DNA of 64,000 bases. Source: Candidatus Methanoperedenaceae archaeon. GTDB lineage: Archaea > Halobacteriota > Methanosarcinia > Methanosarcinales > Methanoperedenaceae. The position numbers and the translations under genes were made by a program. The notes under the pieces are model-generated. The model did no database searches and had not been told where the DNA came from. It saw only the letters and a list, made by a program, of their open reading frames with translations. Positions 20,130-29,965 of this stretch are shown here, piece by piece (the stretch's first letter is position 1; every line of letters begins with the position of its first letter). The DNA is taken from contig CAVWCX010000036.1 in NCBI GenBank assembly GCA_963753595.1, forward strand, positions 96,001 to 160,000, in the 5' to 3' direction.

Positions 20130-21869
20130 TTACAGCTCAATTATTTTACCAGCAAAATTTTTAAACTCTTGATGATATGGTCTATGAGAAATTAGAATTA
20201 TTTGTTTATTTTTTGCTATCTCTTGTATCGTATTCATGGTCTTAGCCAATCGTACATTATCAAAATTATGAAAAGGATCATCTAAAATAAGAGGTATATT
20301 TGTATTTCCACTTAATAAATCAGACATTACAGTTCTTAAGGTAAAGTATAATTGATCTTTTGTCCCCTGACTTAAATAAGAAACATCAATATATTCTTTA
20401 ACTTCCGATTCTTTAATTTTAATATCTAAAGTATCTTCTTCGATTTTCAAATCAGAATACCTTTCATTGGTTATTTCTTTTAAAATTTGCTTTGAATTTT
20501 TTTCGATTGCGGGGGTAAATTTATGGTGGACTTCGGATTCGGCTAATTCTAAGAAATGAGCTGCCAATCTATATTCTTCAACTTTTCTTTTTAATTCACT
20601 TTGATTTTCTTCAATTAAATCTAATTTCTCTTTAACTTCTTCAGGACTTTCAATAAGTGTTGTAGTTGTTTTAATACTTGTTCGTAACTCTACTTTTCTC
20701 GATTCTAATGATTTCACTTCTTTTCTTAGTGTTTCCAGTTCATCAAAATCATTTATATTAAAGTTTACGAGTTTATAATTCTCTAATCTATTTTCGTAAA
20801 TAGCTTTCTTATTAATTAGATCCTTTTTCTCAGAACTGTATTTTTGTAGTTTTCCATTATCTTTTTGAACTGGTTTTTGTATCTCTTCTTTTTGTCTTAT
20901 TTTGATTATTCCCCAAATTATTAAAGGAATACCAATTATAGCGCCAACACTGACTAATGATATTAAACCACCAATTAAGAAGCTTAAACTGCCAATTACA
21001 ATTAAAATAATCCCTATGGTTTTATCAGAGGTTGTTTTGGTGGAAATTTCTCTATCTTCTGATAATGTCTCTATTAATTCATCCACCTTTTTTATTTGTT
21101 CATTAAGATGTTTATCTTCACCTAATAATTTTTCTTTTTCGTCAAATAACTTGTTATTTTTTTCTAGATTTTCCAATTTTGTTACTTTCTCGGCAAGTTT
21201 AGTACCTATGCCTTCGAGTTCTCCACTATCCTCTATTACCAATCCCCTTGTTTTTTCAACAGATTTTAATTCCTCATTTAATTCGCCTTTTTCTTTGTCT
21301 AAAATATCAATTTCTTTGAAAGAATCTTTTGCTACTTTGTTTATTTTTGCAAGTGCCTTAGTCGCAGAAGATTCAGCCCTACCAGCAAAGACCTCTTCAA
21401 TCATATCCTTAATTTTATTTTTAACTAAATTATCTTCTAATATGGCTATTTGTGATTGTCTAATAAATGCAGTGTTTTCAAAGACTTTTCTATCATCAAA
21501 ACCAAAATGTTCTTTTAAAAATGGGTTTATATTTTTATCAGTTGTTGCAATCTCCTTCATTTTGCCATTTTCCATTTTTTCAAGTCTTCTTTTTCCAGAT
21601 TTATAATCCGAAATTATTTTAAAAATCTCAGCTTTATCTGTTTTATATGTTAAAGTAGTTCTACAAAATTCATTGTTTTTCCAACAGAAAAAAGGTTGAA
21701 TTTGAGATTTTGTATATTTGAAAATAGAAGCCGATATCGCTTCTAATACTGTGCTTTTTCCAGCTTCATTTAAACCTGTGATAAAATTTATTCCCTCATC
21801 AAAATCTATGGGAGTTTCTTTTGCAAATTTTCCGAACCCTTCAATTTCTAATTTTATTAATTGAACCAT
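20130..21869 (-). CDS. Rad50/SbcC-like ABC ATPase (YhaN/AAA_27 type) with central transmembrane hairpin
   Basis: Walker A GLNEAGKS, signature LSQGTKDQ, Walker B LILDDPF, ISHR; hydrophobic stretch in the middle of the coiled coil. Confidence 0.9.
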   Translation of the reverse strand: MVQLIKLEIEGFGKFAKETPIDFDEGINFITGLNEAGKSTVLEAISASIFKYTKSQIQPFFCWKNNEFCRTTLTYKTDKAEIFKIISDYKSGKRRLEKMENGKMKEIATTDKNINPFLKEHFGFDDRKVFENTAFIRQSQIAILEDNLVKNKIKDMIEEVFAGRAESSATKALAKINKVAKDSFKEIDILDKEKGELNEELKSVEKTRGLVIEDSGELEGIGTKLAEKVTKLENLEKNNKLFDEKEKLLGEDKHLNEQIKKVDELIETLSEDREISTKTTSDKTIGIILIVIGSLSFLIGGLISLVSVGAIIGIPLIIWGIIKIRQKEEIQKPVQKDNGKLQKYSSEKKDLINKKAIYENRLENYKLVNFNINDFDELETLRKEVKSLESRKVELRTSIKTTTTLIESPEEVKEKLDLIEENQSELKRKVEEYRLAAHFLELAESEVHHKFTPAIEKNSKQILKEITNERYSDLKIEEDTLDIKIKESEVKEYIDVSYLSQGTKDQLYFTLRTVMSDLLSGNTNIPLILDDPFHNFDNVRLAKTMNTIQEIAKNKQIILISHRPYHQEFKNFAGKIIEL

Positions 21870-21873
21870 TTTA

Positions 21874-22968
21874 TCACAATTTTTTATCTAAATATCCTAT
21901 GCCTATTCTCAAAGCATTTTCCAATCTTTTTTTCTTTTCAGAATCTTTCTCCTTTTCGATTTCGGCTTTGATTAATCTTATGAGATTGCCTCGTATAGTT
22001 TCATCTTCGGTGAGATTCTCTGGTAAATGAATGTTATCCACAATTTTGAGGAAGAAATATTTTTCATCAAATTCCTTTAATAAGAGTTCAATATCGAGAT
22101 TAAGATCTAATGAAGGGAGCCCTTTAAGAACCAATCTTAAAACCTTTCTTTCGCCCTTATTTTTTTCAAGAATTTTTCTCATCTCGGAATCTGATTCAAA
22201 ATTTGTACAATCAATCTCCAGCGTTTCAAATTCTCGTATGTTAGTTTTTATTGGTTTAACAGTAACATTACCTTCGTTATATGAAGCTAATATAACTGAA
22301 CAATCTTTTTTATTCTTAAATGTCAGTGGTTCGGGAGTTCCTGAATAGAAACATTTGGTCTTACTTTTGATCTCTAAAATATCATGAAAATGCCCCAATG
22401 CAACGTAATCCAATTTGCAATTATCCAAATCAGTTGTTGTTATTCTCCTATAGCCTGCTTCTGGCTGTTCATCCCAATTAATATCAGTTATAGAACCATG
22501 AATTAATCCAACCTTGAAATTATCGGAGTCTTTTGCTTTAAATCCTTTGAGAGGTTCTTTTGTATCATCCATGTATGCCAAGCCATAAACAGTCAGCCCA
22601 TCTATTTCTTTAGCTTCTAAATCGGGCGAATCAAAAATAAGAATATTTGAAGGGAACTTATGTTCCAACCAGGGGCTTCCTTTTTTGTAAGGATCATGAT
22701 TTCCAGAAGAAATAAAAACAGTAATTTTTTCTTTGTTTAATCTTTCAAATTCGCTAATTACAAATTTTACTAATGATTTCTGTGGCTCAGCCGTATCAAA
22801 TAAATCTCCTCCAATCAGCAAAGCTTTTACCCTTTCTTTTATACATAAATTAATAATATTCGAGAATACGTCTTGGCAGTCATTTCTGTGAAGTTTAGAT
22901 TTGTCTCCAAGAACTTTAAATGTGGCTCCTAAATGAAAATCAGAGGTATGAACAAGTTTTATATCCAT
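21874..22968 (-). CDS. Mre11/SbcD-like (YhaO type) metallophosphoesterase nuclease
   Basis: HTSDFHLG, GGDLFD, GNHD, HG and ALGHFH motifs. Confidence 0.92.
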   Translation of the reverse strand: MDIKLVHTSDFHLGATFKVLGDKSKLHRNDCQDVFSNIINLCIKERVKALLIGGDLFDTAEPQKSLVKFVISEFERLNKEKITVFISSGNHDPYKKGSPWLEHKFPSNILIFDSPDLEAKEIDGLTVYGLAYMDDTKEPLKGFKAKDSDNFKVGLIHGSITDINWDEQPEAGYRRITTTDLDNCKLDYVALGHFHDILEIKSKTKCFYSGTPEPLTFKNKKDCSVILASYNEGNVTVKPIKTNIREFETLEIDCTNFESDSEMRKILEKNKGERKVLRLVLKGLPSLDLNLDIELLLKEFDEKYFFLKIVDNIHLPENLTEDETIRGNLIRLIKAEIEKEKDSEKKKRLENALRIGIGYLDKKL

Positions 22969-23282
22969 AATCCTACAGTTTAAATATATACGGTTGTATA
23001 TATAGACTTGCCTTTAAGTTTTCATTGGGTCTTGCAAAGCAGGCGAACCTACTCTTCAAAAATTTTGGAGTCTTTTATCTCAAAAAAATAATTCAGGAGA
23101 GTGCTTATTGATTTTGAATCTCTTTATAGTTGTATTCGTGCCCATTTTTGCACCACTAATTGTTCCTCTGATTAAGACATTCCAACGGAATCACGAGAAC
23201 GAACATATGTTGCAATCACTAAACTCCGTATGATGTATGAGGCCTATTTATAGCGTTTTTTACAAGCGAAGCAATAATAACC

Positions 23283-24005
23283 TTAGTAATAAGCATCATT
23301 CCACGTTACACCTATTGCACAGTTATGGCTCGAACCTGGTTCATCGCTGTAAACGAATGTATTCTCCCCAGCATCTGCCTCCGGCACTGTACCGCTTATG
23401 TTGCCCGCTCTGCTGCCATTTATTGACACTGTGCCATCCTTCGATATGACCATTACATCGCCCGGGTTGAGTGTTCCGTTCCACTCCATCTTATCTTGTC
23501 CATTGCTTATTGCTGGATTTATGATTGTGCCGATAGCGGTCAGAGTCCATTCTGGCGTTGTCGGCGCACGGCCGTCTGACGTTAGCTGAATATCCACTGG
23601 TGATGATGTTACTGCCACTGTTGCTGAATCCCTTGCTATACTGTATTCCCTTGTGTCAGCCGCCAGCATTGTTATTGTGATCTTGCTATCTTCTGGTTTT
23701 AGTATATCCAGTATCTTTTTGAAGCCCAGTGACAGCAACGTTATCTTTCTTTCAGGATAGAGTTTCAGGATTTTCTCTGTGTTATCGAATAACACTTTTC
23801 TCAGGTTCAGGTATATCTCATCATTGCTGACATATCCTTCCCAGATAATTGTCCTCAAACCCCTATCGTCTCTGGCAAACTGCCTGTTGTCCTCCCCCAA
23901 TTTGGGGATCGTATCAGTTTCAGGTTCCGTAGAATCAGTGATCCTGTGAGTGAATTGAACAAGATTTATTCCATTCAGCTCGAAATATTTACATTCCAGT
24001 GTCAT
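23283..24005 (-). CDS. Distal tail (Dit)-like protein
   Basis: Likely start MTLECKY; DGRAPTTPEWTL, GENTF and C-terminal WNDAYY typical of siphoviral Dit. Confidence 0.65.
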   Translation of the reverse strand: MTLECKYFELNGINLVQFTHRITDSTEPETDTIPKLGEDNRQFARDDRGLRTIIWEGYVSNDEIYLNLRKVLFDNTEKILKLYPERKITLLSLGFKKILDILKPEDSKITITMLAADTREYSIARDSATVAVTSSPVDIQLTSDGRAPTTPEWTLTAIGTIINPAISNGQDKMEWNGTLNPGDVMVISKDGTVSINGSRAGNISGTVPEADAGENTFVYSDEPGSSHNCAIGVTWNDAYY

Positions 24006-24006
24006 G

Positions 24007-24375
24007 TTAGCTCGTTGTTGATGACATACGCAGCCTCTTACTTCCTGTAATCTCAAACCGTCCGGTTCTCAGGTCTTCCAGCATCGCCTCTCCCTTCTTC
24101 TCGTAGTAGTTCATTACATCCGGTTTTATGAGCGCGCTATTTGAACCGCGTTGAATATCCCGCATCGCCTGCGCCGTGCTCTTGAACTTGCTGATCTTCT
24201 GTATCAACTGCGGCCTGTCGGCAAAAGGCGTCGTGTATCTTCTGTATAAGGAGGCATCGATCTCTGCATCTACGCCTGTTATGATCTTGATTATTTCAGC
24301 ATCGGTTATCACAGCTTCATTGCCGATGTCGTTCTCTTCGAATACTTCCCTGATCTCATCAACTGTGGAATACAT
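24007..24375 (-). CDS. Head-tail adaptor (Mu gp36-like)
   Basis: MYSTVDEIR...DAEIDASLYRRYTTPF...P pattern. Confidence 0.7.
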   Translation of the reverse strand: MYSTVDEIREVFEENDIGNEAVITDAEIIKIITGVDAEIDASLYRRYTTPFADRPQLIQKISKFKSTAQAMRDIQRGSNSALIKPDVMNYYEKKGEAMLEDLRTGRFEITGSKRLRMSSTTS

Positions 24376-24376
24376 T

Positions 24377-24661
24377 TTATCGTCTCACCTTAAAGCGCGC
24401 TCTCTTGATCGTGACGAAGTCTGAATCGTTTATTACTGTCGCCTTTGTGGTGTATGTGCTTCCGTTGATCGCAGTTGCCGGGATAGTGTATGTATAGAAA
24501 TAATTGCCTGTCCCCTCCTTGGCGGCTGACCCGGTCGATACCTTGTTCCCGTCAGTATCAAAAATATCTATAGTCACCGAACTGGGGTCAACTAAAATGT
24601 CATACCTGTCCCTGGTCTCGATTTCAATAAAAGCTGTCTCCCCCGCGTCATATTCTCTCAT
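24377..24661 (-). CDS. Small Ig-like virion protein
   Basis: DPSSVTIDIFD..GN...GTGNYFYTYTIP. Confidence 0.5.
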   Translation of the reverse strand: MREYDAGETAFIEIETRDRYDILVDPSSVTIDIFDTDGNKVSTGSAAKEGTGNYFYTYTIPATAINGSTYTTKATVINDSDFVTIKRARFKVRR

Positions 24662-24799
24662 GTTCCGGCCACCTGTGATAACTCCTGTGTTACTTTATCC
24701 GGCTCTCTGAAGTCGATCTTCACTTTGTTTGGCTCGGTCAGTTTGACCTTTACTAACAACTCATCCGTCATCACATGTCCTTCTCTTCACGCTTTTGCC

Positions 24800-25099
24800 T
24801 CAGTTCCCTTTTCCAATACCCGGAATCGGTAACGACAGGTCTTTTGCTCTTTCAAGCAGCTTTTCAGCAATGAATGCCGACGATATGCCTGCAACCACTG
24901 CTGTTGTTGGCGTAGTCGCTATAACAGCAGCAATCGCCGCCCCGATGACCAAATTAGAGATCCCGCCCAGATGGACATACTTTGTACCATCCTGTGCGGT
25001 CTCGATACACGGCAGGGCAACTGCCCCTTTTTGTTCAGCAAGGCTCTTTATGAGTCCGCCTACCGCGCCTGCCGCCGCGATTATGATTATCAGTTCCAT
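24800..25099 (-). CDS. Small membrane protein (DUF4257/holin-like)
   Basis: GAVGGLIKSL...GGISNLVIGA; 2-3 hydrophobic helices. Confidence 0.5.
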   Translation of the reverse strand: MELIIIIAAAGAVGGLIKSLAEQKGAVALPCIETAQDGTKYVHLGGISNLVIGAAIAAVIATTPTTAVVAGISSAFIAEKLLERAKDLSLPIPGIGKGN

Positions 25100-25126
25100 A
25101 TTACTGTCCCTCCTTTGCGGGATCTA

Positions 25127-25378
25127 TCATTTCATCAATTCAAGTTCCGTTTCTATCTTTGTATTCGGATGCGGGCAATTTGGACACATCGATTGAACGA
25201 GGAGCGTCTTTGATACGATCAGGTCCACCTTTGCAAGGTTTCCCCCATAAACATCGAGTTTGGCTGTCAGGTTCTTGATCTCATCCCGCAGTGATTTAAG
25301 AAAGAATATTGTTATCGATCCGATGGTCGTTACAACTGTGACGACCACTCCTACTATTATTTCAGTTGGTATTTCCAT
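25127..25378 (-). CDS. Single-TM coiled-coil protein
   Basis: N-terminal TM helix, coiled coil and CPNC motif. Confidence 0.5.
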   Translation of the reverse strand: MEIPTEIIVGVVVTVVTTIGSITIFFLKSLRDEIKNLTAKLDVYGGNLAKVDLIVSKTLLVQSMCPNCPHPNTKIETELELMK

Positions 25379-25415
25379 CGCCGCTGCTCCAGATAAAAAA
25401 GAGAAAGGAGCTACC

Positions 25416-26312
25416 TTACGAGGTAGTTCCGACCTCTATCTCCACGAAACCTTCGTTCTTGTATATCCTCGGAACTGCCCAGCCTTTCAGTTCTACAGGG
25501 AAGTTGCCGCCTGCAGCTTTTGGCAATCTGTCAGGATATGGATTCTCACTGACCACGAACTCGGCTACGACCGGGTTCTTGACTGCAAGATATACCTTGC
25601 CTTCTGCGAAGCCATCGTTTATCTTGAGCCATGTTCCGTATGGGTCTGCGTCCGGGCTTGCCCTGAACAGCGGAGCGATCGTTTTGTAAAATGGCTGTCT
25701 CATGCTGTCCAGGTTGAACAGGAACTCCATATCCAGTGAGTTTCCTATCAAGAACAGCGGATTGCTCTTATAGTTACCATCAAGGAGCCTCTTTGCCTTT
25801 ACGATATCTGCATGTGGATCCTGTGTTGCGCTTCCCCAGATACCGGCATTATCAGCCGCAGCTATCTTGCCATTTGCGTTTGCCTGTGCTGCCGCTACGA
25901 TACCGGTGATACCCAGTGAGTCATCGCCGTTTATTGTCAGACTGTCCTCAAGTCTGTGAACATTGTCAAGACAGATATCAACATACCTGTTGAACATCGC
26001 CGGATTTGATTTAAGATCCTTCTCGTGGACGCTGAACCAGTCCATGAACTGCAAGATATCCTGTTTGGTCGTGGTCTGTTTTATTCCGGTCTTTCCGGTC
26101 GGGGTAGAACCTTTCGCCACGACTTTGGCGCCCGGGCCTGTTCTGTCATAATCCACAACAACATCGATCTGTACGGCTTCGTCAACCTTCCTTACGGGCA
26201 TCACGTTCCTTGCAAACATGTTGTCAAGGTTTATGTTCACCCATCTTGCAATTTCTCTGCTCCACTCTTCCAGATAATTATCCGGGATCGAGAGCCCATC
26301 GTTCTGTATCAT
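25416..26312 (-). CDS. Major capsid protein (HK97 fold, encapsulin/linocin-like)
   Basis: 298 aa; ARNVMP and HRLEDSLTINGDDSLGITGI motifs; follows protease and decoration genes. Confidence 0.8.
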   Translation of the reverse strand: MIQNDGLSIPDNYLEEWSREIARWVNINLDNMFARNVMPVRKVDEAVQIDVVVDYDRTGPGAKVVAKGSTPTGKTGIKQTTTKQDILQFMDWFSVHEKDLKSNPAMFNRYVDICLDNVHRLEDSLTINGDDSLGITGIVAAAQANANGKIAAADNAGIWGSATQDPHADIVKAKRLLDGNYKSNPLFLIGNSLDMEFLFNLDSMRQPFYKTIAPLFRASPDADPYGTWLKINDGFAEGKVYLAVKNPVVAEFVVSENPYPDRLPKAAGGNFPVELKGWAVPRIYKNEGFVEIEVGTTS

Positions 26313-26314
26313 TT

Positions 26315-27148
26315 TTACACCATCCTTGCCGGAACTGTGCCGTTTTCAGTGACCTGGTCTTCGACAGCCATCATCCTGCTATCTAAGGTCTTCATCCCGT
26401 CCTCTCCCAGAACGCCGTTTGTGCTTACGGCTAACTTGCCGTTGCCCACCGGTTCGAGGTACTGGCCGGAAAGTGCTGTTCCTGCAAGACCGACTTCGGC
26501 TTTGCCCTGGTCAATAATATGCACGGGGTCAAACTGCGCGTAAGCTTCCTTGTCCTGCATTTCGTCTGCTACACCCAGGTATTCGTTACCCGCCCTGATG
26601 TCATCGATGAACAGGGTCGCTGCGCCCGGGTCGCTTGCTGCATTTATGCCAACGGAAATTGTGGCATCCCTGACTGCACCCGCTCCGGTCACTGCAACTT
26701 TGATATATCTCCATAAACCTGCAGCAAGTGCAGGGATATTCAATGTTTCATCCGGGGTTGCACATGCAGCGGTCTCGTCCAATACGAGCTGAAAAACATT
26801 TGCTGCCACCGGAATATCAGACTTAATCCATAAACCGATATACTTGTATCCTGAGAGATCCGCTGCCACGAAGTCGCGTGTGGCGACAAGGCCGGTTGTG
26901 AAACCTGCGGCGATTACCAGCTTTGCGCCCTTGGCATTTACTTTTTTTGCTTCTGTCTCGGCTGTTGCTGTTACGTTTGCCGCTGCTGCCCATGCGACCT
27001 GGCAATCGTCGATTATTTTCTCCATGTGCTTTCCGATGGTGAGTGCGCCCCTGCGCTCAACTGCATCGCGAAATGCAATTGCAGCGGCTGCTCTCTTTGT
27101 GCCTATACCGCTTCCCAGTTCCTCAACATTCACTGGATTGTTTACCAT
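26315..27148 (-). CDS. Capsid decoration/cement protein with inserted carbohydrate-binding-like domain
   Basis: Cement-like termini (AAAIAFRDAV; YLGVA...QGKAEV...GNGKL) around DLSGYKYIGLWIKSD...LFIDDIRA. Confidence 0.6.
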   Translation of the reverse strand: MVNNPVNVEELGSGIGTKRAAAAIAFRDAVERRGALTIGKHMEKIIDDCQVAWAAAANVTATAETEAKKVNAKGAKLVIAAGFTTGLVATRDFVAADLSGYKYIGLWIKSDIPVAANVFQLVLDETAACATPDETLNIPALAAGLWRYIKVAVTGAGAVRDATISVGINAASDPGAATLFIDDIRAGNEYLGVADEMQDKEAYAQFDPVHIIDQGKAEVGLAGTALSGQYLEPVGNGKLAVSTNGVLGEDGMKTLDSRMMAVEDQVTENGTVPARMV

Positions 27149-28491
27149 TATTTCTCACCCACTTTTGCATAAGCATCGTCTATGATGCTCTTTACTGGCT
27201 TCCCGTCGGTCCTGGCTTTCAACCTTGCAGCCTCAAGGGTGCTTGCGGCTGTATCTGTGAGACGTTTAAAGTCCCACTCCTTGAAATCCTCAGTCTTGAG
27301 GGTCGGCGTTGCGTCCATTATCTGTTTTATCAGTGGTGCACGCTTCTCCTGTTCTGCTGTGTCTATTGTTGCCTGTAATGTTGCGATCCTGGCTTCACTC
27401 GCTGCAAGGGCTTTGCCCTGATCAACGAATGCAACCTCTTTCGCATCAAGCAGTTTCTTTGTCTCGTTAGCCACCTTCTGCGCTTCTGTGAGAGCTGCAG
27501 AATCGGCTACAAGTTTCTTTACCATCTCAGGCGTGTACCCCACACCATCGACTACTATGCTCTCTGCCATTGTTTCCTTTGTCTCCTTTGCCTTTATTTC
27601 ATCAGTAATTGATGAGTTTGAATCTGTGGGTGCGGCTGAGTTGTTCGCAGGCGGCTGCTGTTCTTCCTCTCTCCCCTGTGCCGTCACCATGGATTTTGTT
27701 ATGCTCCTGATGATCTTCGCCATGCCAGCATGCTTCTCTTTCGGCATCTCCTGCATCAGCGAGTTCATCCTGTGTATCATAAGAAGCAGACCGTTTATCC
27801 CTTCGACAAACCGTCCTACAAGTTCCCTGTCTTTTGTCTGCAGACCTGCTGCTGCTTCGTGCAGTTTTCCCAGGTCTTTTTCGATCCCGTCAGCAATCTC
27901 TTTTGGAATAGTTACAGGTTCTTTCGGGTTTGTCTCAGGATCATCCGGAACAGCAGAATCCAGGATGCCGCACTTCGGTCTTGAACATCTACCAGCTTTC
28001 ACAACCGCTAGATGATCGTACAGGACTTTCTTCTGCACCGCTTGATACGGCTCATCTTTGAATGTCCCCGGCTCTTCAATAATATCAGCGTAATAGCCTG
28101 GACTGAGATCCCGCTTCCCTTTCCTGATTTCATCTGCAAGGACTTTGTCTGTAATGAGAAGATCGCCTGTGGCGACATTATTATTGAGTGTGACAGTTTC
28201 CGGAAGAACCCTGCCTTTTATCTCAGATACATCAATTATCACTCTGGATCGCGGATGCTCATCCGTTATCATCATCCGCTGCATTGTTGGCATTGAATCT
28301 GCAAGCGCTTCCGGGGATTTCAGGATCTTCTTTCCGTTGTAATCCAGCACCATTGCCCTGCATATTATGGCGTCTTTTACCAGCAGGCCGTCCTTTGTAT
28401 CAACTATTTTGGAACTGTCTATCTGGATGTCCATTGAATCGGAGAACATTATCCTGTCTGCTGCATCGCTAAGTGCAATCATGTGTACCAC
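27148..28491 (-). CDS. DUF2213-family head maturation protease/scaffold
   Basis: ITDEHP, GKRDLSPGY and YDHLAVVKAGRC motifs; coiled-coil C-terminus. Confidence 0.85.
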   Translation of the reverse strand: MVHMIALSDAADRIMFSDSMDIQIDSSKIVDTKDGLLVKDAIICRAMVLDYNGKKILKSPEALADSMPTMQRMMITDEHPRSRVIIDVSEIKGRVLPETVTLNNNVATGDLLITDKVLADEIRKGKRDLSPGYYADIIEEPGTFKDEPYQAVQKKVLYDHLAVVKAGRCSRPKCGILDSAVPDDPETNPKEPVTIPKEIADGIEKDLGKLHEAAAGLQTKDRELVGRFVEGINGLLLMIHRMNSLMQEMPKEKHAGMAKIIRSITKSMVTAQGREEEQQPPANNSAAPTDSNSSITDEIKAKETKETMAESIVVDGVGYTPEMVKKLVADSAALTEAQKVANETKKLLDAKEVAFVDQGKALAASEARIATLQATIDTAEQEKRAPLIKQIMDATPTLKTEDFKEWDFKRLTDTAASTLEAARLKARTDGKPVKSIIDDAYAKVGEK

Positions 28492-28555
28492 CCCGTCGTT
28501 ACAACGAGTGGATTCGGTGTTTTGATCGTGGAAACCATTTAAAATTAGAATTGTT

Positions 28556-28593
28556 CCTGTTCATATATTAAGTCTAACTTACGGTTGCATTAC
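28556..28593 (-). promoter_or_regulatory. Putative late promoter, copy upstream of the protease gene
   Basis: cctgttcatatattaagtctaacttacggttgcattac is near-identical to 31378..31415; TTAATATAT TATA box on the minus strand. Confidence 0.7.
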
Positions 28594-28691
28594 CCAAACA
28601 ATATTAAGGGTTACTGCTCCTCTAATATTTTTAGCAAGGAATCTATCTTTTTTAAATAACATATTTATCATAAAAAATAACAAACAAAATT

Positions 28692-29162
28692 ATGAACACA
28701 TCACACATTTACCCAGGAGCACATACGTTAAACGCAGACATTACTATCAAAGGATGTAATGATGCTATTGAATTCTATAAAAAAGCATTTGGCGCGACAG
28801 AAAGAGGGAGGATCCTCATGCCCGACGGTTCAATCGCCCATGCAGAAATAGAGATTGAAGGTTCACTGCTTATGATGGCAGAAGAAAAACCTTCTTTGAC
28901 AAATAAAAGCCCAACAACCCTCGGCGGAACTCCTCTTATATTAGCTTTATATGTGAAGGATGATGATACTGTTTTTAAACAAGCTATGGATGCGGGAGCA
29001 ATGCAAGTAAGGCTAATAATAGACGAGTTTTATGGAGACAGGGTTGGACATGTCATTGATCCGTTTGGATATGTATGGATGATAGTAACCCATAAGGAAG
29101 ATATGAGTTTTGAAGAAATGCAAAAGAGAGCAGATAAGATGTTTGGAGAAATTAAAATATGA
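28692..29162 (+). CDS. VOC/PhnB glyoxalase-family protein
   Basis: AIEFYKKAFGA, HAEIEIEGS and FYGDRVGHVIDPFGYVW. Confidence 0.9.
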   Translation: MNTSHIYPGAHTLNADITIKGCNDAIEFYKKAFGATERGRILMPDGSIAHAEIEIEGSLLMMAEEKPSLTNKSPTTLGGTPLILALYVKDDDTVFKQAMDAGAMQVRLIIDEFYGDRVGHVIDPFGYVWMIVTHKEDMSFEEMQKRADKMFGEIKI

Positions 29163-29175
29163 CTGACAAAGACAA

Positions 29176-29628
29176 ATGAGAGATAAACGATTTATTGCAG
29201 AACATCGGGGCGGACCTCTAACAAAGGAACAGCACTATCAGTTAATTGAATGGGCTTGCGACTGTGCGGAGAATGTATTGCATCTCTTCGGTGAAAAAAT
29301 AGATGAGCGACTAAAAAATGCACTAAATGTGGCCAAAGAATGGAAACAAGGAAACGCCTCGGTTGGTGTCGCAAGAAAAGCTTCATTAGGTGCAATTGCG
29401 GTAGCGAACGAAGCTTCAAACCCGACTGCAATTGCAGTGGCTCGTTCTGTTGGACACGCTGCTGCAACTGCTCATATGGCTGACCATTCATTAGTCGCAG
29501 CGTTGTATGCTTTGAAAGGCGTGAAAAATGCAGGTAAATCAATAGATGCAGAAAGAAAATGGCAAAACGAACAATTGCCATCAGAAATTAGGGAGCTTGT
29601 CCTAACTGCAATAAGTAAGAAGGTGTAA
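29176..29628 (+). CDS. Imm5-like putative immunity protein
   Basis: WACDCAENVL...ARSVGHAAATAHMADH...ERKWQ pattern. Confidence 0.75.
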   Translation: MRDKRFIAEHRGGPLTKEQHYQLIEWACDCAENVLHLFGEKIDERLKNALNVAKEWKQGNASVGVARKASLGAIAVANEASNPTAIAVARSVGHAAATAHMADHSLVAALYALKGVKNAGKSIDAERKWQNEQLPSEIRELVLTAISKKV

Positions 29629-29639
29629 TAAATAATCAT

Positions 29640-29940
29640 ATGGAAACATACATCATTTTATTGCGCGCAGTTATGCCAACAGGTAAGAACAAGGTTCCAA
29701 TGGCCCAGCTTCGTGTGACGCTAGAGAAAGCGGGGCTTAAGAATGTACGAACATATATCCAGAGTGGCAATGCTATCGTCAAATCAAGCATGAAGGCATC
29801 AGATATAGAGAAGCTAGTACATCAAGTTATCAAAAATGATATCGGCGTCGATATTATCGTTGTTGCAAGAATTGCTACTCAATTTGGTAAAATTGTAGAA
29901 AACAACCCCTTTTTTGGAGAAGATACCTTTTTTTCATGTC
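29640..29940 (+). pseudogene. DUF1697-family protein, C-terminally truncated
   Basis: YIILLRAV..GKNKVPMAQLR...VRTYIQSGN; similarity stops near NNPF and the ORF then runs antisense into the portal gene. Confidence 0.65.
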
Positions 29941-29965
29941 GCCAAAAAAAAAGGATTCAGGTAGC

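Noticed and set aside
25416-26312. Encapsulin nanocompartment system
   Set aside because: Flanked by protease, portal, adaptor and tail genes, so it is better explained as a viral capsid.
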